Below are positions 7,132 through 14,946 of a stretch of 34,276 bases of DNA, in pieces. The notes under the pieces were generated by a model that had not been told where the DNA came from, made no database searches, and was given only the letters and a program-made list of their open reading frames with translations. The position numbers and the translations under genes are program-made. The first letter of the stretch is position 1; every line of letters begins with the position of its first letter. Location: positions 1 to 34,276 of IMG/VR virus record IMGVR_UViG_3300005764_000048, one strand, 5' to 3'. The DNA comes from a virus. Taxonomy: Duplodnaviria > Caudoviricetes.

Positions 7132-8840
7132 TCGAAGGCGCGACCATTGGCGGGCGTCCAGCCTTCGTCGCTTATCTCAACGATAAGTTTGAGCCGGTCG
7201 AGCGCGACGAAGCGACGTTCGCCAAAGCCATATTCACCGACGACAAAGGCGGCTCGCTGTTTCTTGTGGCGCGCGAGCCGCAGGAAAAAGAGTTTGACGA
7301 GAGCAAACACCCGCGCGGCAAGACGACGCCCGAGTCGACCGGCGGCAGCTTCGCGCCAGCGGAAGGCGGCGGCGGCGAGGGCAAGGAAGCCGCGAAGCCA
7401 GCGGCGGCAAAGCCGAAGGGCAAGAAAGCGGAATGGCAGGACTTCGCCAAGACCGACATTGAAATCGACTACGCGACCAGCCTCGAAGGGCCGAAGCAAA
7501 AAAAGTTTCTCGACGTTTGGAATGACCGCGTGCAGGAAGCACCGGAGGATTTCAAGAAAGAATTTCTCGGCGGCCTCAAAGGCACGATGAAGCTCGACTA
7601 TAACGACAGGTCTAATGAGCTTGAAATCAGGGGCAAGCTACAGGATGCACGCGGCAATACCATCGGTGAATACACTCGCGACATTCATTTCGACACGAAC
7701 GCCGCGACATCATCGTATTTTGCTTTGCGCGATTCACAGCAAGGCGGCGGCATCGGCAAGCAATTGCTCGCGGCCAACGTCGCCACCTATCAACGGTTGG
7801 GGCTCGATCACGTCAACGTCCACGCCGACATCGACATCGGCGGCTACGCGTGGGCGAAATACGGCTACGTGCCGAATCAATATTCGTGGGATGACTTGTC
7901 GGGCAGCATCTTAAATCGGATCGAAGGCAGCGGCGGCGGGGGTAGCGAGTCATACACGCCGGACTCATGGGAGTCGCTGTCCGACCGCGATCAGGAAAAA
8001 GTTTTCGACAGTTGGGCCGAATACCACGAAGATGAATTCCTCGACAGCGAGATCGAAAGCTGGCGCGACAGCGGTCAACCGCTAGAGGACGCAAAGAAAG
8101 AAATGGCTTCGACGTTCAACTTCTCGCGCGCGCCCGCCTCGAATGAATGGGCTTATGCGGGGCTGAAAAAATGGCGCGAGACGCGCGAGCAATACAATCA
8201 TCCTCCGGTGCCGTTCACCGACAAGGAAATTCTCAGAGCGCTTTCGATTGACGACGATTATAAGTCGCGATGGGGCGACGGCGGCAGCGATCCCGAATTT
8301 ACTTTCAACGACGAATTGCTCGACGAATTGAAGCGCGACCCGTCGCAACCGAGCCTTCCCGGCATCGAGCCGGAAAAGGGCAGCGACATGCTGACCGAAA
8401 AGGTTCGCACTGGTATCGAAACCGCGCTTGTCAAAGCTTTCAACAGCGAAGCCGAGGACAGGGCGAGTAACGTCGAGCCGCCCGATTATCTCAGAGAGAA
8501 CATTCGCGATTCGCAGCGCGAGTATTGGGATTCGATGCGCGACCGCGACAGATACGACTACGCCGTCCGCAACGATTTGCTGCCGAGCTACGACATCGAA
8601 AGCGACGAAGACTCCGACGCGGAAGTCTATACCGGCGACGAATACGAAGCGCTGCGCAAGCTCGCCAACAGCAATGATCCGAAAGCGATTTGGGCCATAT
8701 CGGATTCAAAGTACGGCAAGAAGCTTTTGATCGATACCGATTGGAACGGCGTGCTCAATCTCAAAGACAAAGAATCGATGGACCGCTTCAATGCCTACGT
8801 CCACAAAGCCAAACCCCAAGCGGCTGCAAAAGCCGCGTGA
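7128..8840 (+). CDS. Multidomain protein: small N-terminal domain, HPR tag, GNAT acetyltransferase with large acidic insertion
   Basis: FDESKHPR..GGSF (7293); acetyl-CoA motif A QQGGGIGKQLL; IGGYAWAKYGY; acidic helical region; C-terminal GKKLL..W.G.L. Confidence 0.8.
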   Translation: MIEGATIGGRPAFVAYLNDKFEPVERDEATFAKAIFTDDKGGSLFLVAREPQEKEFDESKHPRGKTTPESTGGSFAPAEGGGGEGKEAAKPAAAKPKGKKAEWQDFAKTDIEIDYATSLEGPKQKKFLDVWNDRVQEAPEDFKKEFLGGLKGTMKLDYNDRSNELEIRGKLQDARGNTIGEYTRDIHFDTNAATSSYFALRDSQQGGGIGKQLLAANVATYQRLGLDHVNVHADIDIGGYAWAKYGYVPNQYSWDDLSGSILNRIEGSGGGGSESYTPDSWESLSDRDQEKVFDSWAEYHEDEFLDSEIESWRDSGQPLEDAKKEMASTFNFSRAPASNEWAYAGLKKWRETREQYNHPPVPFTDKEILRALSIDDDYKSRWGDGGSDPEFTFNDELLDELKRDPSQPSLPGIEPEKGSDMLTEKVRTGIETALVKAFNSEAEDRASNVEPPDYLRENIRDSQREYWDSMRDRDRYDYAVRNDLLPSYDIESDEDSDAEVYTGDEYEALRKLANSNDPKAIWAISDSKYGKKLLIDTDWNGVLNLKDKESMDRFNAYVHKAKPQAAAKAA

Positions 8841-8997
8841 GTTTTTCTACAACGACGGCAAGCGCCTCAAAGATGAAGCGCTGCACAACGCGTTGATTGA
8901 CGATGGTGACGAAACCAGGGCGAAGGCTGTGAGCGATAGAGTCGCTCGCCGTCTTGGATTGACAGAAAAAGAAATAGCCGCGTTGCGTTCGAAGTAG
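8791..8997 (+). CDS. Small helical protein downstream of the GNAT gene (possible partner or immunity protein)
   Basis: Protein-like FFYNDGKRLKDEALHNALIDDG..ARRLGLTEKEIAAL fills the gap before the capsid gene. Start uncertain (50-nt overlap with the GNAT gene). Confidence 0.6.
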   Translation: MPTSTKPNPKRLQKPREFFYNDGKRLKDEALHNALIDDGDETRAKAVSDRVARRLGLTEKEIAALRSK

Positions 8998-9050
8998 GCC
9001 GCTCCCGACAATCCGTCATTCGTGAATCCGCAACCAGCGGAGGACAAGCC

Positions 9051-11585
9051 ATGCCGATGAATCCGCACAAGGGCGAGAAGCAAGACGCGTTCATGGCCCG
9101 TTGTGTGCCCGATCTTATGGGGCCAAACAAAGATAAGCGTCCGCAGGACCAAGCGGTCGCCGCGTGCTTGAGCATTTGGCGCAAGGACAAGGGCGAGCCC
9201 GAGCCGAGCAAGAGCGCCACGCAGGTTTCCGACATCATTCGGCGATGGCACAAAAAATTCGGTGCTGACCCGTCGCTCGCAATGATCATCAAGATCGCGG
9301 ATTGCCCTGAGCCCGAGGACGACGAGACGAAGCAAGAATACATGGATCGCTGCATGGACGAAGTGGGTGACGACGGCGATACAGGCGACTATAGCGCCGA
9401 GGATGCGTGCGAGCTTACATGGGAGGATGAAGGCGAACCCTACTCGGGCCTGATGGAAGACTCCGGCCACAAGGGACTCGTCCACAAGACGGCGACGACC
9501 GAAGAAAAGGGAATGGAGTTTATTCTTTCGGACGCAACGCCGGATCGTTTCGGTGACATCGTTGATCCGAAAGGGTGGGACTTTAAGTCGTTCACGCGAA
9601 ACCCCATCGCATTATTTAATCACGATCCGAATTTCATCGTGGGATCGTGGAAGGGCTTGCGTGTTCACGACGAAGCTCTGCGCGGTCATCTGACGCTCGC
9701 GCCCAAGGGCACGTCGGCGCGCATCGATGAAATCCGCTCGCTGGTCGAAGCGGGAATCCTCAAAGCGGTCAGCGTCGGCTTCAAGCCGGTAGAATCCAAG
9801 CCGCGCGAGGACGGCCGCCAGCCGCATCAACGCGGTCCATTCGACATGGGCGGCATGATCTACACGAAGTCGGAATTGGTTGAGACTTCGCTTGTCTCGA
9901 TCCCGGCGAATCCAAACGCGCTCGCAGTCGCGAAATCACTGCGTATCAGCAAGGAAACGCAAGCGCTGGTCTTCCGCGAGCATGCGGGCAAAGAGTCCGG
10001 CGTCGTTTCCAAATCCGGCGCACAACACCGGGCCGAGCATGGCCGCGAACGGGCGCGTGCGATCACAGCCGAGCATGGCAAATCCAAACCCGCTGTCAGA
10101 GGACAGACAATCATGCTTTCTCAACGCATCCAAGATGCCGAGAAAACCGTCGTGCGGATGCGCGACGAACTCAACGAGCATCTTGCCACCATCGACGACG
10201 CGAACCCCGATCCGGGGCTTGTGGAAGTGACCGAAGGACTGACCACGAAGCTCGCCAGTGCCGAGCGCAATCTTGCCGCTCTCAAAGCGGCGGAAGCGCG
10301 ACTCGCCAACGGCGGCGGCACCACCAGCAATGGCGGCGACGGCGACGGCAATCTCCCCGCCGTTATCGAGCGCAACAAGAACGCCATGATGGGCGCAACC
10401 GCGTTCCGCCAAGTCAATGCGGATCGCGCGATTGCCGAGCGCATGGTCGGCACCGGCCCGCGCCCGTTCGGGCTCGCGCCGAAGAAAGTGAGCCCGGTCG
10501 ATTTCCTGATTCGTCAGGGCGTCGTCGCGGCTTTCTCGCACGCCACGCGCAAGAACCCCGACGAAGTGCGGCAGTTGATCTACGGCAACGACGACTGCAC
10601 GCGCGCCTACATCGATTACGTCGCCAAAGCGGCAAGCGCGGCGGCGATGACTTCGGTCACCGGTTGGGCGGCGGAACTTGTGCAGCAAGTCTATGGGGAT
10701 TTCTTGCAATTGCTCGGCCCCACGACTGTCATGCCCGCTCTGTCTGCCATGGGACTCACGCTCACGTTCGGTCGCGCGGGCAAGATCAACATTCCCTCGC
10801 GCTCAGCCACGCCATCTATCGCGGGAAGTTTCGTGGGTGAGGGCCAGCCGATTCCCGTGAGGCAGGCGGCCTTCGTCACGCAAGCGTTGACGCCAAAGAA
10901 ACTCGGCGTCATCACTAGCTGGACACGCGAAATCGACGAGCATTCCTTGCCCGCGATTGAGGGAGTGTTACGCGACTCAATCGCGATTGACACGGGCATC
11001 GCCATCGACGTTGTGTTGCTCGACACGAATGCAGCGACCACGATCCGGCCCGCTGGCATTCGCAGCGGCGTCGCTGGACTCACGCCTACGGCTGGCGGCG
11101 GCTTCAACGCACTCATTGGCGATCTGACAGGACTCGCCGGGGCGTTGTTGACGGCGACGGCTGGCCACATTAGGTCGGGCGTCTTCCTGATGAATCCGCA
11201 GCAAGCCATGTCGATTGGATTCATGCAGCCGCCCAATGCAGCCGCGCCACTCTTCCCGCTGCGGGATGAGATTCAGGCGGGCCGCTTGGCTGGCTTCCGC
11301 GTCATCATATCGGCCAACGTACCGCTCAAGACGGTGATCTTCCTCGACGCTGCCGACTTTGTAAGTGTCGGAAGCGAATCGCCTCGCTTCGAAGTTTCGG
11401 ATCAGGCGACATTGCACTACGAGGATACGAATCCGAGCGACATCACGGGCGGCACGCCGTCGCCTGCGGTGCCGGTGCGCTCGCTCTGGCAGACCGACAG
11501 CATCGCTTTGCGTTTGGTCTGGCCGCTCAATTGGACGCTGCGTCGCCCCGGCATGGTCGCGTGGGTCGCTGGCGTTACGTGGTGA
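9051..11585 (+). CDS. Fused HK97-family prohead protease (S78-like) and major capsid protein, with two N-terminal Cys/Trp modules
   Basis: RBS GGAGGA; protease motifs DRFGDIV, NPIALFNHD, SVGF, ETSLVSIPANPNA; coiled-coil delta domain; capsid motifs FVGEGQPIP, LTPKKLG, MNP, SLWQTDSIALR. Confidence 0.95.
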   Translation: MPMNPHKGEKQDAFMARCVPDLMGPNKDKRPQDQAVAACLSIWRKDKGEPEPSKSATQVSDIIRRWHKKFGADPSLAMIIKIADCPEPEDDETKQEYMDRCMDEVGDDGDTGDYSAEDACELTWEDEGEPYSGLMEDSGHKGLVHKTATTEEKGMEFILSDATPDRFGDIVDPKGWDFKSFTRNPIALFNHDPNFIVGSWKGLRVHDEALRGHLTLAPKGTSARIDEIRSLVEAGILKAVSVGFKPVESKPREDGRQPHQRGPFDMGGMIYTKSELVETSLVSIPANPNALAVAKSLRISKETQALVFREHAGKESGVVSKSGAQHRAEHGRERARAITAEHGKSKPAVRGQTIMLSQRIQDAEKTVVRMRDELNEHLATIDDANPDPGLVEVTEGLTTKLASAERNLAALKAAEARLANGGGTTSNGGDGDGNLPAVIERNKNAMMGATAFRQVNADRAIAERMVGTGPRPFGLAPKKVSPVDFLIRQGVVAAFSHATRKNPDEVRQLIYGNDDCTRAYIDYVAKAASAAAMTSVTGWAAELVQQVYGDFLQLLGPTTVMPALSAMGLTLTFGRAGKINIPSRSATPSIAGSFVGEGQPIPVRQAAFVTQALTPKKLGVITSWTREIDEHSLPAIEGVLRDSIAIDTGIAIDVVLLDTNAATTIRPAGIRSGVAGLTPTAGGGFNALIGDLTGLAGALLTATAGHIRSGVFLMNPQQAMSIGFMQPPNAAAPLFPLRDEIQAGRLAGFRVIISANVPLKTVIFLDAADFVSVGSESPRFEVSDQATLHYEDTNPSDITGGTPSPAVPVRSLWQTDSIALRLVWPLNWTLRRPGMVAWVAGVTW

Positions 11586-11596
11586 CGACGAAATAG

Positions 11597-11629
11597 CGCG
11601 GAACGTCGTTGTGGCGTTCCGCGTTTCTT
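11597..11629 (+). terminator. Stem-loop terminator after the capsid gene
   Basis: CGCGGAACGTC pairs with GGCGTTCCGCG (one G-U) followed by TTTCTT, 11 nt after the stop. Confidence 0.65.
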
Positions 11630-11666
11630 GCTAACGGGCTTCATCGCAAATATCAGGAGACTTACG

Positions 11667-11927
11667 ATGGCGGAAAAGCACAGCGGCGTTGCGGGACAGT
11701 ACGCGAGCGCCGCAGACGTACCAAAGGGTCGGCCGACGCCGACACAAGATGAATTGAACAAGATCAATGCGGGCGAGCCGGTCGAGCTTGCTGCCGATGG
11801 CAGCGGGCCGGACCCAAACAATCAACCCATGCCGGACAATGTGGTCGGTGTGAAATCGCAACAAAGCGAACAACACCGCGCACCGCAGCACTCGCCTGTG
11901 CGGCCCCCGGCAAGGCCGGTTGCGTGA
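11667..11927 (+). CDS. Small disordered head-region protein (PTPTQ.E.N motif)
   Basis: RBS AGGAGA 6 nt before ATG 11667; GTGA overlap with the next gene. Confidence 0.75.
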   Translation: MAEKHSGVAGQYASAADVPKGRPTPTQDELNKINAGEPVELAADGSGPDPNNQPMPDNVVGVKSQQSEQHRAPQHSPVRPPARPVA

Positions 11928-12526
11928 AAATCCCGAGCGTATCGAAGTCCGAGTTTCGGTTTGTCAGGCCGATAAGCTGGCTCGGACTTCACCGCTTGTA
12001 TTTGAATGACGGCGAAATGGAAATTATCGCCGCGCTCTTGCGCGAAATCGACGCGGAGAGCATGTGCGAATTCGGATGCCGCGATGGACGAACCGCAAAA
12101 GTGCTCTTGCACAACGTCCCGTCGTTACACCGCTATATCGGTGTCGACGTGCCCATGTCCTATCGCCCTGGCCTTGATCATCAACGATCCGAAATGGTGG
12201 CAGAGCCCGGACATCTCGCGACTTCCGATCCCCGCTTCCAACTCATCGTTCACGAACGTGGATCACTCGACGTAAAGACGAACGACTTCGAACAGGTCGA
12301 CGCTTGCTTTATCGACGGCGATCATTCTGAATATGTCGTGTATCGCGACAGCTATCGTGCGCTGACGTTGGTGCGCAATGGCGGCATCATCATTTGGCAC
12401 GATCACTTCAATGGCGCGGTCGGCGTGACCGATGCGCTCAATAAGTTGGCCAAAGAAAAGTGGCCCATTAAACACGTCGAAGGAACGTGGCTCGCGTACA
12501 GGCTAGTCGAGCCCGATGTTGTCTAA
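11924..12526 (+). CDS. Class I SAM-dependent methyltransferase (Methyltransf_24-like)
   Basis: EFGCRDGRTA, YIGVD, DACFIDGDHS, GGIIIWHD. Confidence 0.9.
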   Translation: MKIPSVSKSEFRFVRPISWLGLHRLYLNDGEMEIIAALLREIDAESMCEFGCRDGRTAKVLLHNVPSLHRYIGVDVPMSYRPGLDHQRSEMVAEPGHLATSDPRFQLIVHERGSLDVKTNDFEQVDACFIDGDHSEYVVYRDSYRALTLVRNGGIIIWHDHFNGAVGVTDALNKLAKEKWPIKHVEGTWLAYRLVEPDVV

Positions 12527-13529
12527 CGATCTTGTCGACTGGCATTGTATTCACTTAGATCAGGGCTACGCGGCCTTTCACGAAAACGATTTTCATACCG
12601 CGCTGGTCGAATTCGACATGGCGCTCGCAATTGACGACCGGCCGATGGCGCGATGGGATCGCGCGCTCACGCTTCTCGCGATGGGGCGCTACGCGGAAGG
12701 CTTTCGCGAGTGGCGCACCAATTGGCAGATTTACCGCGCAGAGATAACCGAGCGCGGGCAACGGCTCTATTTCGACGAGCACCGTCCGGTGTGGAAAGGC
12801 GAGCCCGGCCGCGTGCTGGTTTTGGGCGAGGCCGGGTTTGGCGATCAGGTGCAAATGCTTCGGTTCGTATCTCCGTCCATGGTCTTGGACATGCCGAAGC
12901 CGATGCAACGTCTCGCGGCACAGGTCGCGCCGCTCGCGGAAAGCGACGATTGCGATTTTGTTTGTCCGATGTTCGATATTCCGGCGGTCTTGCGTGTGAC
13001 GCCGGAAACGATTCCGTCGCCGCCCTACCTGAAACCCGATCCCGCGCTCATCCTTGAGTGGGCAAACAGGATCGGCAACGGAGGGCGGCGGCGGATCGGC
13101 ATCGCGTGGTCGACGAAATTTGAAGAAACCTACGAGCATCCGAATGCGCGGCGTGCCGTGCCGCTCGATCAATTTCTCTCGCTTCTCAACGCGCCGCCGG
13201 ATTCGGAGCTTTACAGTTTGCAAACTCAGGAGGCAGGCTTTGCGATCACGCGAGGAGTCCGTGTTTTCGAGTTTGCTGATTTCGCTGACGTGGCCGCTCT
13301 CGCCAGCCTTATGGACGTTGTGGTGGCAATTGACAGCGCTCAACTTCATGTCGCTGGCGCTATCGGGCATCCGCTAGTCTTCGGCTTGCTTCCGTATTCG
13401 CCCACATGGCGTTGGCTCGATCCGTGCTGGTATCCAGAACTCAAACAATGCCGATGCGACGCGCCGGGCGATTGGGCGAGCGCATTTGCCAAGGTGAAAA
13501 ATGGCCAACGCGCTAACCAGAATCTTTGA
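12516..13529 (+). CDS. TPR plus GT-B glycosyltransferase (GT9-like) protein
   Basis: N-terminal TPR-like helices; EAGFGDQVQMLRF, RIGIAW, DFADVAAL..MDVVVAIDSAQLHVAGAIG, WRW...WYP. Confidence 0.88.
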   Translation: MLSNDLVDWHCIHLDQGYAAFHENDFHTALVEFDMALAIDDRPMARWDRALTLLAMGRYAEGFREWRTNWQIYRAEITERGQRLYFDEHRPVWKGEPGRVLVLGEAGFGDQVQMLRFVSPSMVLDMPKPMQRLAAQVAPLAESDDCDFVCPMFDIPAVLRVTPETIPSPPYLKPDPALILEWANRIGNGGRRRIGIAWSTKFEETYEHPNARRAVPLDQFLSLLNAPPDSELYSLQTQEAGFAITRGVRVFEFADFADVAALASLMDVVVAIDSAQLHVAGAIGHPLVFGLLPYSPTWRWLDPCWYPELKQCRCDAPGDWASAFAKVKNGQRANQNL

Positions 13530-14946
13530 TCGAGTCATCGGCAAGGCCGAAGGCGCGGCGCATCCGCCGCCCTACGTGCTGCCCGTGACCGGCGGCTGGC
13601 TCGGTCCCGAAGGTCGCTCGATCAATTGGTGGCAGGAAGGTTTCAGCGTCCGCCCATTCTCGACGACCAGCGCGATGGTCGAAGCGTGCGTCAGCGCGTA
13701 CAGCCAAACAGTCGCCATGTGTCCAGGGGATCACTGGCGCTCGAATGAGAAAGGCGGGCGCACTCGCGTGACCAATTCGTCGCTGTCGCGCATTCTGCGC
13801 CAGCCGAATGACTATCAGAGCATGTCGGACTTTTTGCTCAACACAGTCCGCGATCTTTATATGTATGGAAACGCTTACGCGTATTGCGTGCGCAACAATC
13901 GCTACGAGATCGTCGAGCTTCATCCGATGATGGCCCGCATGTGCTGGCCGAATATCGCGGAAGATGGCTCGGTGTTCTATTCGCTCAGCGGCAACAGCAT
14001 CATTCAAAATCGCTACGATCTATGGCAGACGTGGATTCCCGCGCGCGACGTGCTGCATGTCCGGCTGCACTCGAATGACGCGATGTATCATCCGCTTCTC
14101 GGTATCTCTCCGCTCACGGCGGCAATGATTGACGTGGCGACAAGCGGCGCGGTGAAGGGACAGCAACTTGCGTTCTTTACCAATCAGGCGCGGCCGAGCT
14201 TCGTGCTTTCAACCGACCTGTTGCTGAAAAAGGATCAGGTCGACGCGCTGCGCGACCGCTGGAACGATCAGGCGACCGGCTTGCAAGCGGGCGGCACGCC
14301 GATCCTGACCGGCGGATTGAAGCCCGTGCCGATCACGATGCGCTCGCGCGACGCGCAGATTGCCGAAGTGCTCAAAATGACCAATGAGGACATCGCGCTG
14401 GTCTTTCGCGTCCCGTTCCAAATTCTCGGCATTAGCGGATCGCCGCACGGCTCAACCGAAGTCCTGATGCAAGAATGGGTCGCGAGCGGCTTGGGCTTCT
14501 GTCTCAACCACGTGGAGACGGCGTTTGATCGCACCTTCGGGCTCGATGGCCAGCCCGACGAATATATCGAATTCTCGACTGAGGCGCTGTTGCGTTCCGC
14601 GTTCAATGTGCGGATCGCCGCGCTGAAAGACGGCGTGCTCGGCGGAATCTTCTCGCCCAACGAAGCACGCAACAAGGAAGGACTCGACCGGGTTGAATAC
14701 GGGGAAGAGCCCCGCCTTCAAGCCCAAGTCGTGCCCTTGAGCGCAGCGGAAGGAATCGGAACCCCGGCAGCAGGGCCGGGGCAAGCACCAACAACAATAC
14801 CGCCAGCGCCAGCCGCGCCCCCAACACCCGCCGCACCGGCAAAGTCGGCGGCAACCGGGAGCACGAAAGATGCAAGATTTGATACCCTCTCAAGAGACGC
14901 CTTACGAATTGCCAAGCACATCAATCGAAGTCGAGTCGGCGTCTGA
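13501..14946 (+). CDS. Phage portal protein, HK97 family
   Basis: VEACVS, PN.YQS..DF, GNAYAY, DVLHVR, GISPL, IA.VFRVP..ILG, SPNEAR..EGL; Pro/Ala-rich tail. Confidence 0.95.
   Translation: MANALTRIFDRVIGKAEGAAHPPPYVLPVTGGWLGPEGRSINWWQEGFSVRPFSTTSAMVEACVSAYSQTVAMCPGDHWRSNEKGGRTRVTNSSLSRILRQPNDYQSMSDFLLNTVRDLYMYGNAYAYCVRNNRYEIVELHPMMARMCWPNIAEDGSVFYSLSGNSIIQNRYDLWQTWIPARDVLHVRLHSNDAMYHPLLGISPLTAAMIDVATSGAVKGQQLAFFTNQARPSFVLSTDLLLKKDQVDALRDRWNDQATGLQAGGTPILTGGLKPVPITMRSRDAQIAEVLKMTNEDIALVFRVPFQILGISGSPHGSTEVLMQEWVASGLGFCLNHVETAFDRTFGLDGQPDEYIEFSTEALLRSAFNVRIAALKDGVLGGIFSPNEARNKEGLDRVEYGEEPRLQAQVVPLSAAEGIGTPAAGPGQAPTTIPPAPAAPPTPAAPAKSAATGSTKDARFDTLSRDALRIAKHINRSRVGV

Noticed and set aside
11924-12526. 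DNA methyltransferase
   Set aside because: No DPPY/NPPY or PCQ motif; the IDGDH and HD motifs fit small-molecule or glycan O-methyltransferases.
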